Below, piece by piece: positions 12,445-24,399 of a stretch of 64,000 nucleotides of DNA. The position numbers and the translations under genes were made by a program. A model generated the notes under the pieces. That model saw only the letters and a list, made by a program, of their open reading frames with translations. It was not told the origin of the DNA and searched no databases. Each line of letters opens with the position of its first letter. Position 1 is the first letter of the stretch. Source of the DNA: Felis catus (taxonomy: Eukaryota); the NCBI RefSeq assembly GCF_018350175.1, contig NC_058385.1, positions 60,016,001 through 60,080,000 on the forward strand. The letters are read 5' to 3'.

Positions 12445-12600
12445 ATAAATCTTCCTACAAAATAGTTCAAGTCCATGTACTTCTCTCCATCTCCATTGCT
12501 ACCACTTGGTTCAAGCCTTTGTCATCTGTCACATGGATTATTTAGAGCTCAGTCTCCCTGTAGCCACACTTGTCTCTCCCAACATTCTCCTCCCAATTCC
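12445..12600 (+). mobile_element. L2 fragment
   Basis: acttctctccatctccattgctaccacttggttcaagcc matches an L2 motif. Confidence 0.65.
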
Positions 12601-12984
12601 CAACTCTTTGACAAATTCTGACGGTACTAACAATACAATCCTTTGTAAACAGTTCATGTGGCCTGTGAGGGTCCAGGCTTGGCTTTCTGTATTGCTTCTT
12701 TATCAATGGGCTCTGTGAGTATGTGCTAAGGAAGGTAAAAAACTTCCACATATTCCTCTCATTAGTTATGAATATTTAAGTTACAAGTGGCAGAAAGCCC
12801 TCCTCAAAGTGGCTTAAAAATAATAATAATAATAATAATGGTGAGGATGATAAAAATAGGATTTATTTTTCTAACATTAACAGAAAAGTACCCATACAAT
12901 CTTCAGGAAGGCTGTCGCATGTCTGAATGATTGTGTCCCCCAAGGTTCATATGTTAAAATCCTAATGCCTCATGTGATAGTATT

Positions 12985-13286
12985 AGTGTTATGCTAAGTG
13001 AAATAAGTCATACAGAGAAAGACAGATACCATATGTCTTCACTCTTATGTAGATCCTAAGAAATTTAACAGAAGACCATGGGGGAGGAGAAGACAAAAAA
13101 AAAAAGGTTAGAGAGGGAGGGAGCCAAAACATAAGAGACTCTTAAAAACTGAGAACAAACTGAGGGTTGATGGGGGGTAGAAGGGACAGGAGGGTGGGTA
13201 ATGGGTATTGAGGAGGACACCTGTTGGGATGAGCACTGGGTGTTGTATGGAAACCAATTTGACAATAAATTTCATATTAAAAAAAA
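12985..13286 (+). mobile_element. Cat-type L1 (L1_Fc-like) 3' end, 5'-truncated
   Basis: atgctaagtgaaataagtca...tgttgggatgagcactgggtgttgtatggaaaccaatttgacaataaa plus poly(A). Confidence 0.92.
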
Positions 13287-13394
13287 GAGGAATGGTATAA
13301 AATAAAAGAAAGGAGGTGGGACCTTTGCAAGGTGTTTAAGTCATGCTGGGGGAGTTCTTTTATAAGATCAGTGCTCATATAAAAGAGACCCCAT

Positions 13395-13616
13395 GGGGTG
13401 CCTGGATGGCTCAACTGGTTAAGCATCTGTCTCTTCATTTCATTCAGATCATGATCTCATGGTCTCTGAGTTCGAGTCTCACATCGAGCCCCATGCTGAC
13501 AGTGCAGAGCCTGGTTGGGATTCTCTCTCTCTCCCTCTCCCTCTGTCCCTCCCCTGCTTGTGCTCTCTCTCTCTCTCTCTCTCTGAAAATAAGTAAATAA
13601 AAAAAAATTTTTTAAA
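13395..13616 (+). mobile_element. CAN-SINE
   Basis: Full length; flanks AGACCCCAT / AGACCCTAT. Confidence 0.95.
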
Positions 13617-13647
13617 GACCCTATGAAGCCCCTTCCACCCAGAAAAG

Positions 13648-13785
13648 NNNNNNNNNNNNNNNNNNNNNNNNNNNNNNNNNNNNNNNNNNNNNNNNNNNNN
13701 NNNNNNNNNNNNNNNNNNNNNNNNNNNNNNNNNNNNNNNNNNNNNNNNNNNNNNNNNNNNNNNNNNNNNNNNNNNNNNNNNNNNN
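13648..13785. other. Assembly gap
   Basis: N run. Confidence 1.
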
Positions 13786-13809
13786 AGTTCAAAGAATCAA
13801 ATCATATCA

Positions 13810-14037
13810 GGGGCGCCTGGGTGGTGCAGTCGGTTAAGCGTCCGACTTCAGCCAGGTCACGATCTCACGGTCCGTGAGTTCGAGCCCCGCGTCAGGCTCT
13901 GTGCTGACAGCTCAGAGCCTGGAGCCTGTTTCCGATTCTGTGTCTCCCTCTCTCTCTGCCCCTCCCCTGTTCATGCTCTGTCTCTCTCTGTCTCAAAAAT
14001 AAAATAAACGTTAAAAAAAATTAAAAAAAAAAAAAAA
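13810..14037 (+). mobile_element. Young CAN-SINE (SINEC_Fc)
   Basis: CpGs retained, long A-tail, perfect 19-bp TSD AAAGAATCAAATCATATCA (13791-13809, 14035-14053). Confidence 0.98.
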
Positions 14038-14630
14038 GAATCAAATCATATCATACCCTCTGTGTCTCCTGGATCTCTCTTGCTTCACATTGGCCCCATT
14101 ATCAGGTTTCATAGGGTGGCAAAATGGCACATCCTCATACTACAAGCCAAAGAAATAGAAAGGCCTCATTCCAGGAGATTTCACATAGGTTCTGAGATGA
14201 GCTCCTCAATGAGCCAACCATATAACTACCTCCTCCCCAGTCACTATTGTTAGGGAGCCTTAGAGCACTGATTGACCAGGACAGGGTCACATGTTCCACT
14301 ACAGAGAAGGTAGGTAAGGATCAAAGGAAACATTGAAGAATCTTTTCAAAATAGTGATTAAACACTGGGAAGGCAAAAACAAGAAAAATATTCTGTTGTA
14401 AGAAGGAAAGAAGTCAAGCCATAGACACTAAATATAGATTTCAAGGATTTCTAGCTAAAGAATTCCTATGAAATGATAAAAAGATCATAAGAACCCAACA
14501 GGGAAAAGGGAGATACCCTAGAGTAGGGAAATAGCTGATCTGCTACAAGCTTTAGCAAAATTTTTACACTAGCACCAAAAACTAATGGCTTGCTTTAAAG
14601 ATTCTTACAAAAATTCATCAAATGTTGACA

Positions 14631-14765
14631 NNNNNNNNNNNNNNNNNNNNNNNNNNNNNNNNNNNNNNNNNNNNNNNNNNNNNNNNNNNNNNNNNNNNNN
14701 NNNNNNNNNNNNNNNNNNNNNNNNNNNNNNNNNNNNNNNNNNNNNNNNNNNNNNNNNNNNNNNNN
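14631..14765. other. Assembly gap
   Basis: N run. Confidence 1.
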
Positions 14766-16402
14766 ATGTATTGTTAAAATGTCTATACTACCCAAAGCAA
14801 TCTACACATTTAATGCAATCCCTATCAAAATACCAACAGCATTTTTCACAGTTCTAGAAAGACATTCCAAAAATTTGTATGGAACCACAAAAGAGCCCTA
14901 ACAGACAAATAAACCTTGAAAAAGAAAAGCAAAGGTATCACAATTCTGGACTTCAAGTCATATTACAAAACCGTAGTGATGAAAACAGTAAAGTACTGGC
15001 ACAAAAATAGACACTTAGACCAATGGAACAGAATAGAAAACTCAGAAATGAACCCATAACTATATGGCCAATTAATTTTTGACAAAGCAGGAAAGAATAT
15101 CTGATGGGGAAAAAATGTATTTTCAACAAATGGTGTTGGGGAAACTGGACAGCAACATAAGAACAAAACTGGACCGCTTTTTCCACTGTACACAAAAGTA
15201 AATTCAAAGACCTAAATATGAGACTTGAAACCATAAAAATCCTAGAAGAGAACATAGGCAGTAACCTCTTTGACATTGGCCATAGCAACTTCTTTCTAGA
15301 TATGTCTCCTGAGGCAAGGGAAACAAAAGCAAAAATAAACCAATGGGACTTCATCAAGACAAAAAGCTTCTGCACAGTGAAGGAAACAATCAACAAAACT
15401 AAAAGGCAACCTATGAAATTGGAGAAGATATTTGCAAATGACATCTGATAAAGGGTTAGTATCGAAAATCTATAAAGAACTATAANNNNNNNNNNNNNNN
15501 NNNNNNNNNNNNNNNNNNNNNNNNNNNNNNNNNNNNNNNNNNNNNNNNNNNNNNNNNNNNNNNNNNNNNNNNNNNNNNNNNNNNNNNNNNNNNNNNNNNN
15601 NNNNNNNNNNNNNNNNNNNNNNNNNNNNNNNNNNNNNNNNNNNNNNNNNNNNNNNNNNNNNNNNNNNNNNNNNNNNNNNNNNNNNGAAACAATAGGTGCT
15701 GGTGAGGATATGGAGAAAGGAGAACCTTCATGCAGTGTTGGTGGAAATGAAAACTGGTGCAGCCACTCTTGAAAACAGTATGGGATATTTTTTAAAAGTT
15801 AAAAGTAGAATTACCCTATGATCCAACAATTGCACTACTAGCTATTCACCCAAAGAACACAAAAATACTAACGTAAAGGGATATGTGCACTCTGATGTTT
15901 ATAGCAACATTATCTACAATAGCCAAATTATGGAAACGCCCAAGTGTCCATCAACCGAAAAATCAATAAAAAAAAGATGTGGTGTATATATATAATGGAA
16001 TGTTATTTAGCCATAAAAAGAATGAAATCTTGCCATTTTCAACAACGTGGATGGAGCTAGAAAGTAATATGCTAAGAAAAATGAGTCAGTCAGAGAAAGA
16101 CAAATACCATATGATTTCACTAATATGTAGAATTTAAGAAACAAAACAAATGAGCAAAGGGGAAAAAAAAGAGAGACAGAGGCAAACCAAGAAACAGACT
16201 CTTAACATAGAGAACAAACTGATGGTTAACAGAGAGGAAGTGGGTGGGGTAATGGGTGAAATAGTGATGGGGATTAAGGAGTGCACTTGTGACGAGCACC
16301 AGGTGTGGTATGGCAGTGTTGAATCAGTATATCGTACACCTGAAGCTAATATCACACTCTATGTTAATTAACTGGAATTTAAACAAAAACTTTAAAAAAA
16401 AA
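14766..16402 (+). mobile_element. Carnivore L1, 3' ORF2 remnant plus 3'UTR (internal gap 15486-15685)
   Basis: ORF 15218-15448 ETIKILEENIGSNLFDIGHSNFFLD...WDFIK.KSFCT is L1 ORF2p; carnivore-type 3'UTR and poly(A). Confidence 0.95.
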
Positions 16403-16419
16403 GATGTTGCTTGAAAAAA

Positions 16420-16599
16420 AATGTTGACGAGTATGTGAAGCAAGAGGAATTCATTGCTGGTGGGATGCAAAATGGTATAGCCATTTTGGAAGACCATTGG
16501 TGGTTTCTTACAAAACTAAACATATTCTTCCCATATGATCCAGCAATCAATCATGCTCCTTGGTATTTACACAGCGGAGTTAAAAACTTACAGCCACAC

Positions 16600-16631
<32 letters not shown>

Positions 16632-17270
16632 AACTTGCATGTGGATGTTTATAGTAGCTCTATTTATAACTGCTCAAACTTAGAAGCAACCAAGTTCTCC
16701 TTTAGTAGATGAATAAATACATAAACTGTAATACATCCAGACAATGGAATATTATTCAGCCCTAAAGATAAATGAGCTATCAAGAGAAGAGACATGGAGG
16801 AAACTTAAATGCCTACTATTAAGTGAAAGAAACTAACTCAAAAATGCTACCTAAGGTATGATTTTAACTATATGACATTCTGGAAAAAGCAAAACCATGG
16901 AGACAGTGAAAAGATCAGTGGTTGGATCATGGAAGGAAGGACACAGATGAGTAGAGGGAGCACAGGGGATTTTAAGGCAAAGAAAATAAGTACTCTCTGT
17001 GACACTATATGTAATGACAGATACATGTCATTACACATTTTTCCAAACCCATAGAATGTACTTCACCAAGAGTGAACCCTAATGTAAACTATGGACTTTA
17101 GGTGATATAATGTGTCAATGTAGATACATCAGTTATAACAAATGTACCACTCTGGTGGGGGATGTTGATAAGGGGGAGGCTATACCTGTGTGGGTGTGGG
17201 AGGCTTATTGAAAGTCTCTGTATCTTGCTCACAAATTTGCTGTGAACCCACAAAAAATAAAGTCTGAGAA
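16420..17270 (+). mobile_element. L1MC1-like 3' fragment
   Basis: cattgctggtgggatgcaaaatgg...gagtgaaccctaatgtaaactatggacttt...tttgctgtgaacc. Confidence 0.85.
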
Positions 17271-18069
17271 AAATTCGATGAATTTATAATACAAAATATT
17301 TTTCATTTTGTATAAACTTCAATGGGAAAACAAGTTTCACTTTAAAATCAATTTTGCTTTCAGAAATGCATCTATTCTATAAATTGAGAAGTATCTCTGT
17401 AAGAACTAGTTTATAGAAACATTGGTTCTAGAACCTACTAAATCCTGCACTTTCCACTGTGAAATGTCTGTTTTTATTTTTGCTATTGCTTTTCACTGCA
17501 AATAATATGTAAACAAAGTAAATAAATTCAGCTAAATAAGAAAAATAGAAATTACTCACAGGGAAGGCTAATAGTATATTACCTAGGGCACTAGGAGATC
17601 AATGAATGGCCATGGTTTAAGATAAATCATCATTCCCATTCTCAGTTAATTCAGCAAAAATTGTTTCATTAATATCAGTGCAAGTGCTTCCTTCATAGTG
17701 GTAGTACCACTGCCCTTGGTCAAGACTTTGACCTTTTGCTTAATATGTGACAGTGGAGAGCAATTTGGCCAATCACTGATCCAGGTTAGGTGCTTGCTGA
17801 AGGGCAATGCTTCCAGTCTTCTCATGCATTCATTTGCCCTGAGTCGCTTCTTCATTGGTCTTTGCTAAAATACTTGAGATATTCCTACTCAGGATTAGTC
17901 CTGATAGTTCTAAGTCTTCAGGAATAATGGTGGTCAGTATGGCAATATTAAATATAGCCTTCTATGGAGTATATGTCATACGGAATACTCTGCACTCTTT
18001 ACATAAATGAGGCAGGTAGATACATGCATACTGTTAGAGAAAGTTATCTATGATCTTATTAAATTATTA

Positions 18070-18286
18070 TTTTTTAATTTTTTTAAAACTTTATTTATTT
18101 TTGAGAGAGAGAGATGGAGTGCGAGCAGGGGAGGAACAGAGAGAGAGGGAGACACAGATTCCGAAACAGGCTCCAGGCTCTTAGCTGTCAGCACAGAGCC
18201 TGACACGAGACTTGAACTCACGAACCGTGAGATCATGACCTGAGCCGAAGTCAGACACTTAACCGACTGAGCCACCCAGGCACCCC
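18070..18286 (-). mobile_element. CAN-SINE (SINEC_Fc)
   Basis: Full length; TSD TGATCTTATTAAATTA / TGATCTCTTTAAATTA. Confidence 0.95.
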
Positions 18287-18899
18287 TGATCTCTTTAAAT
18301 TAAAGGAGCAAAAAAGCAAGTAAAAAATAGTGTGCATAATATTATTGTATTTGTGTTTCTGGATTCAATATTTCTGGAATACTATATAAAAAATTGTTAA
18401 CAACAGTTACTTTGAGGGAATACATCTGAGGATGAATTAGAAGGAAAGGGGGCATTTACATTTCAATTTATAACCCTCTATGCTCTTTGATTTTTTTAAA
18501 CTATAACTATGGATATTTTATAATAAAAACGATAATTTTTAATAGATTATGTGCTATTTACAGTGAATTTATAACATGAGTCTGAGGATCCCAAACTGAA
18601 TTTCTAGTGAAAAAAAATGAAAGAAAAATGTCTCTACATGCTCTATTCCGCTTCATTTCTTCATCTCCAGAGGGGCAGTCCACCCTGAGATATTCATTGC
18701 CTTGTGCTTTAGGCCAATGCCATTAATCTCCCCCTCCATGCCTTGTCATAGAATGACACTCATTCCCACACTTCTCTCTAGGCTGCTAACCGGAATCCTT
18801 CTCTCCCCACCAGTACACTTCCACCTGACCCCCTCTGGAACTCCCGGCTGCTGCCAAGAAACTGCCCAATCTTCTATTTATTTTATGAACACTTCCTTC

Positions 18900-20390
18900 A
18901 TTTGGTTGCATTCGCTGAAACATAGCGATGCATTCAAGATGCTATTTTCACTATTTCCCTCTTAACTAGAACTTGATTATTGTCCCATATCTTATATCCC
19001 TCAAGGCCGAATGCGCCTGGTGTCCGCCTGCCTCCATGTTGCTACTCCCCAATGCTCCTTCCTTCTTGCTTCAAAAGATTTCTTTAAAGTGCATCTCCAT
19101 TTACCCCTCCTGTGCCACTCTCGTTCATTGGGCAGTTTCATTAACGTCTAGTTCACAGATTCCTGCAGCACTACTGCTACTATTACTATAACTGGTGATT
19201 TGAACATTCACAGTCTCTGACCCACCCATGTCTCTGACCTCCTTAATTAGTGACCTTTTCGTTCTAGTGATCTCAGCCACCCACTCAAGTTGCCCTGCCC
19301 TTTTCCTAAGGACATCAAGAACTGAAGCAAATCCAAAAGCTCTGGGTCAAACACCCGACCCTTTGGCCTCCGTTGTTACTCTTTCCATCTCGCTTTCTCC
19401 CTCCTTCCTCCTCCAGCGAGTCTTGGACCTCATTGATACCTCCGACCTATGGACTGTGCCATTTTCTCACTCAGCATCATTCTCCTCATGTCTTCATTCT
19501 CCAGTTCACACAGTCTAAGTCTGTGATTGTGCATATAACATCTCTTTGCAAATAATCTTGGTTTCCTTTAAACACTCTCCTCTCATCTTGTCTGGAAAAC
19601 ATCCAAGTCTAACTATTTATTTGCTACATCTAACTATCCATGCTCTCATTTCCATAGCAGAGAAGCTAAACACTGAGGAACACACCAAAACAAACCACAT
19701 ATCTGTGCTGACTGGGCTCACTTCTGCTCACTTTGTACATGACTGCACTATCTTGAGATCTTATTGATTTAAGTCCCTTAGTTTCATGTTTCCAATCTGG
19801 GGTGACTATTTCGTCCTCCTCTTTTTTGTTAAAGTCTCCAATCTTAGTGCTGATTCATGCTCAGGTGATAACTTTATTGCATATTTCACAGAAGGAAATA
19901 GCACTTCCTTATCTTGCCACTATTATTCCACTATTGCTTTTATTCCAGTACTGCTTTTGCATCAGAATCCATACACTCTACACTCTTCTTATGAAAACAA
20001 AAGAAATGTCCTTTCTCTTATTAAAAACCTGGACTTGTATCTTGCCTCCCCAAGGAATTTGTTCCAACAATAGTACACTTTCTGTCAGGCACTATCAATG
20101 TCTCTCTCTAAATGGGCTCATTATATAACTGGCATACAAACATACTTTAATATTATACATCTTCAAAACAAAACAAAAACAATAACTTCCCTCGACCCAA
20201 TGTGTCCTTTGGCTACTGCCCAATTTTTCTGTAGTGCCTCACAACAGGTGTACTCCAAATAGTTGTCTAAATTTATCATTGCTCTTCTCCCCTTCCAATT
20301 CCACTTTAACCAATACAAACTTGGTGGGTTTTCTTTTTCTCACCATTTCACTGACCTCATTATGGTCCCCAGTGGCCTATATTGGCACCA
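18900..20390 (+). mobile_element. Long decayed L2 (ORF2-region remnant)
   Basis: Pyrimidine-rich strand with L2-like motifs (tcagccacccactc, ttattgcatatttcacaga, ttccctcgaccc); explains the cluster of low-complexity ORFs here. Confidence 0.6.
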
Positions 20391-20679
20391 CCTAGAGATA
20401 ACCCACAAGGTGTTTTCGCTGCTGTTGTTTTGTCTGCTGTTTTGGATTAGTACTAAAACCCCCAGAGCTTCACTTATTCCTGGATTTCTTGGGGCCTATT
20501 TGTTTAAAATCGCCCTCATTCTATGAGCTACTCAGAAAATCTCTAGATTAAAAACTGTTCATTGCTGTTGCTTGCAACCAATGAAAGCTAACTTACATAA
20601 TTATATGCCAATTCCTACAAATGTGCATCTTATTTTGTATTCTCTAGTCTATTCCTTAGATCCATCCATCTACTTTAAA

Positions 20680-21090
20680 ACCAGTTTTAAGCAATTTGTA
20701 TTATTGTGATACTTAGGGAGCTTTTGTTTGCTGGAAAGCAAATGCCCCTTTTAAAAGATTTTCTTCAAAAATTATATTTGCTCTTTTTGCATAGTCTTCC
20801 AGATGAACTTAAATTCTCAAGTTCCAAAAAATAATTCCATTGACAATTTGGTTAGGATTTGAAGTAATTTTAAAGTATCTATAAATAAATTTTGGAAACA
20901 TTGACATATTTACCTAATTAAGTCCTATAATTTATAAACATGGCCCGTGTTTCCATATATTCAGATATTTTTTCATGCTCTTTATTATAATTTCATTTTT
21001 TTCCCTTTAGGTTTGGCTTCCATCCAAATTTCTGAAGTCTAGTCCCCTGATATTGTGGAGGTCTTGTTGCTATTGTGAGTGGGATATTTC
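20680..21090 (-). mobile_element. Old L1M ORF2 remnant
   Basis: ttccagatgaactt...aagttccaaaaaa...aattttggaaacattgacatatttac, antisense L1 motifs. Confidence 0.6.
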
Positions 21091-21234
21091 CCTACAATTT
21101 GGCATACAACAGGGGCTGCTTTACACAGTAGAGAGAAGTTGGATGAGTCTCCAGAGACTCAGGTTGAAGAGAAAGTGAGCATGAAAAGGGTAATTGCCCT
21201 GGACCTAAATAAGGGACCGAAAGCTGACTGGTGA

Positions 21235-21450
21235 GAGGCACCTGGGTAGCTCAGTGGATTAAGCCTCTGACTCTTGATTTCAGCTCAGGTCATGATCTCC
21301 CGATTAGTGAGATCAAGCTCCACATTGAGCTCTATGCTGAAAGTGTGGAGCCTGCTTGGGATACTCTCTCTCTCCTCTCTCTGCCTCTCCAGCTCATTCT
21401 CTCTCAAAAATAAATAAATAAATGAAAAAATAAATAAATATTAAAAAATA
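21235..21450 (+). mobile_element. CAN-SINE (SINEC_Fc2-like)
   Basis: Full length; 12-bp TSD AAAGCTGACTGG. Confidence 0.95.
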
Positions 21451-22239
21451 AAGCTGACTGGAGAAGGACATGCAGAGCTCTTTGCCAGCATCTGGCATAC
21501 TGGATAGTTGGTAGTCTCTTCTCATTGCCCCTAAAATGACTTATTAGGACCGAGAGTCCAAACTTCTATATGTGAATATTGTCATATATCAAGTGTTGAA
21601 GTCCATAATGAAAATTTAGTCAGGACAGCTTGTACTGTAATTCCTGAATATATTGTGAGCCTGTTGCTATAATTTTGGTGATTTACTACTTGAAGTATGA
21701 CTGAAGATGTTAACTTTGAGTAATGAAGTGTTATGCGATTTGGGTGTTTTTAGAAATAGTTTTTCTCTCTCCCAGTTAGATCATTTGGAGCAATATAGTG
21801 AGTGGCTGCCAAAATAGGGTCATGTAAGACTAAAGGAGTTGAATTTAGCATCAGAGTCTTCCATCTTTGGGTGTTTCCAGATGATGCTTTCACTCAGACA
21901 TTACCTCTTATCTTGGTACAAAAGACTTCTATTCCTTTCTATTCTGACTTCAGGGACCACCTTGTCCATATTTTCTTGAAAAGTTTCTCATTTATATTTT
22001 CCCCACCCAATTCTGAAGTTTTCCCATAATGTCTGGGGCATTGCTCTCTTTGTGGTAACCATTGACTAGACCATAAATTTTCCAAGTACACAGATGGTGT
22101 CCTATGCCATTTTATAGCCCCAGTGTCTAACACAGGACCTGATAATCAGAAGGCATACAAGGAGTACATATTGAAAGATATCTTGAGGATTTAAATATAT
22201 TTGAAATATAGTTTTTTAATGAGGTATATTCCTTTTCGG

Positions 22240-22640
22240 GTTCAGCAAACATTTATTGATCACTAACATGTGTCAGACACTATATTAGGTGCTGCAGATT
22301 GAGTGGTGAAGATAGACAAAATCTTGCCTTTGAGAAGTTATGTTCTAGTGAAAGCAAAGAATAAAGTCCTGAACAATTATATAAGTTGATTTCAGAAAGA
22401 GGAGATGGATGGATCAAGAATAAGGGGCAAGTTCAGGGCCCCAGGTAAAATGTAAAAAAATGAAAGAGGATGAAAGTGGGCACAAGGAACCCACTGAGGC
22501 AGGTGGAAATTAAGATGGATATGGTGGTGTGGAAAACCAGAGAAAATGATTTAAGGAGGAAGTGGGCAAGTAAGTCACATGCTACTGCAAAATCAAGTAA
22601 GAAGAAAAGAATGATCATTGACTTTGGCAAAATATTGGTC
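22240..22640 (-). mobile_element. L2 fragments
   Basis: ttcagcaaacatttattga...tgtgtcagacact...ggtgctg is the antisense L2 3' end. Confidence 0.7.
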
Positions 22641-23409
22641 ATTGGTTCTACTCACTGTCCTTTGTCATGGTGTGTCAGCTCTGAGGATTCAAATTCCAGA
22701 CAGACACAATCAGAATGACCTGGACTGGGTGATTTGACCATTCCTCTTGCCTCAGTAGATTGAATTATATTGTTGGAGCCTCATGAGAACTGCATGGATG
22801 AAAAAAAATGACAGTACCTCCCAAAGAAGGTGGAGCTATGTTAGTAGAAGATGGTTGGCTGTAATGCTACCAGATAAAACAGCAGAAGCCCAACACAATG
22901 ATAAAGATGAAATTTTAATTGGTGGTGAAAAGATGGACTATAACTCTGTTGGAACAATGGAATGATTTCATAAAATATAAGAGTTAAGTCCATACTCCAT
23001 TACACACACAAAAAAATACATTAAGTGTCTAAACACTAAAACAATAACAACAGCAATGACAAAACAAAGCCAAAAGCTTGGAAGACTACATTGGAGAATA
23101 TTTTTATGACTTTCAGATGTTAAAGGCCTTCTTAATCAAGTGATTTTAAAAAGGCTTACATGGGAACAGAGTGATACATTTGAATGGGTAAAATTTTCTA
23201 ACTCTATAAATTAATAAGAGTGAAAAGTTTGGCAGGGTAATGAGGAGAGCAAGATATTGAAGAACAAGAAATGGTGAATAATGACTTTTCACTTTTTAAT
23301 CTGTAAACATCCACATTTTTTACAATAAGCATATATTAATATATCACATATATGTGTATGGTTACATATAATCATATGTACATATAATCAATACATATAT
23401 ATGAATATA

Positions 23410-23412
<3 letters not shown>

Positions 23413-23452
<40 letters not shown>
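23413..23452. repeat. (AT)20 microsatellite
   Basis: Read directly. Confidence 0.97.
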
Positions 23453-23455
<3 letters not shown>

Positions 23456-24399
23456 TGACACCAAGGGCAACACTTGACCATGTCAGATCTATATGTACCT
23501 GTATCATCTATGCCATCGATTGTTACTCATGGTATTCTCTTCCCTCCAGGGTTACTTGTGGACTGGGATGCCAGCTACTCACCTTCCCACTTCATTTGTT
23601 ACTCAGTACCAGGAAGGTAATGAATGTTCAATAAATTATAGTGCTTTGTTTTTTAAGTTAAAAGTGTTGGCTCTTTGGTTTGGTTTTAAGAATTTTCTTC
23701 TGTAGGTAAACACTACAGACAAATAGATACAAGCTGAATATGAAATCTGTCAAATATGCCAGTAGTAATGATACCAGACTTCTTTGGTAAGATTGTAGGT
23801 GGGAATATGTAGGGTTTTTTCTCTAATTTTATTTCACGAGTTGATGTTCTCAAAACTCCCAGCAACTGCTGTGGCTTTATCAAACATTTAATAACAATTC
23901 TTTTGTCCCAAGGGAAACATTTTGCCATCTCTAGTTAGTCCCAAACTGGGCAATATCTTCTATGATAGCTGTTTCTTACATCACCCTAACATCTATTCCT
24001 ACACTTCTTTTAGGCACCTCCACATCCTTGGCCGAGGAGAGGTCCTGATACACTGTTGTTGATGTAAAGTACATCAACTCCTTAACCAAACTGGTCAATC
24101 AGAGGCCCTACCTAGAATTTCTATATTTAACAGAGATAACCAGAAATGGAAGGTGGTAGGACCTGAGATGATGGATGGTGACGTGTTATCAAGAAGGTCC
24201 GCAGATTCCTATTGCTCGCATCCTCCTCTTCTCAAGTCTTGGCTATATAGCTTTTCTTAATGGCTGAGCTACATCAATATTCCTCCATTAAATCTCTTCT
24301 TTTTTCTCTCTCTCTACTTCATTACTTGAGTATTTTACCACCTGTTTTAATCTCTGTACACTTTTATTTGTGTCACTGTGATTTCTGTATTGATCTGGC

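Larger units (their letters stand above)
12912..13647 (+). mobile_element. MLT1A-like MaLR LTR, split by an L1 and a SINE
   Basis: tgtgtcccccaaggttcatatgtt...gtgatagtatta [L1] ggaggtgggaccttt...ataaaagagacccca [SINE]. Confidence 0.8.
12780..14295. mobile_element. Old ERVL/MaLR-type LTR (LTR33-like), split by nested insertions
   Basis: caagtggcagaaagccc...tggcttaaa...atttatt at left; cagtcactattg...ctgattgaccagg...ggtcacatg at right. Confidence 0.5.

Noticed and set aside
14953-15444. 163-aa minus-strand ORF (longest in the track)
   Set aside because: Antisense frame of L1 ORF2, a common artefact
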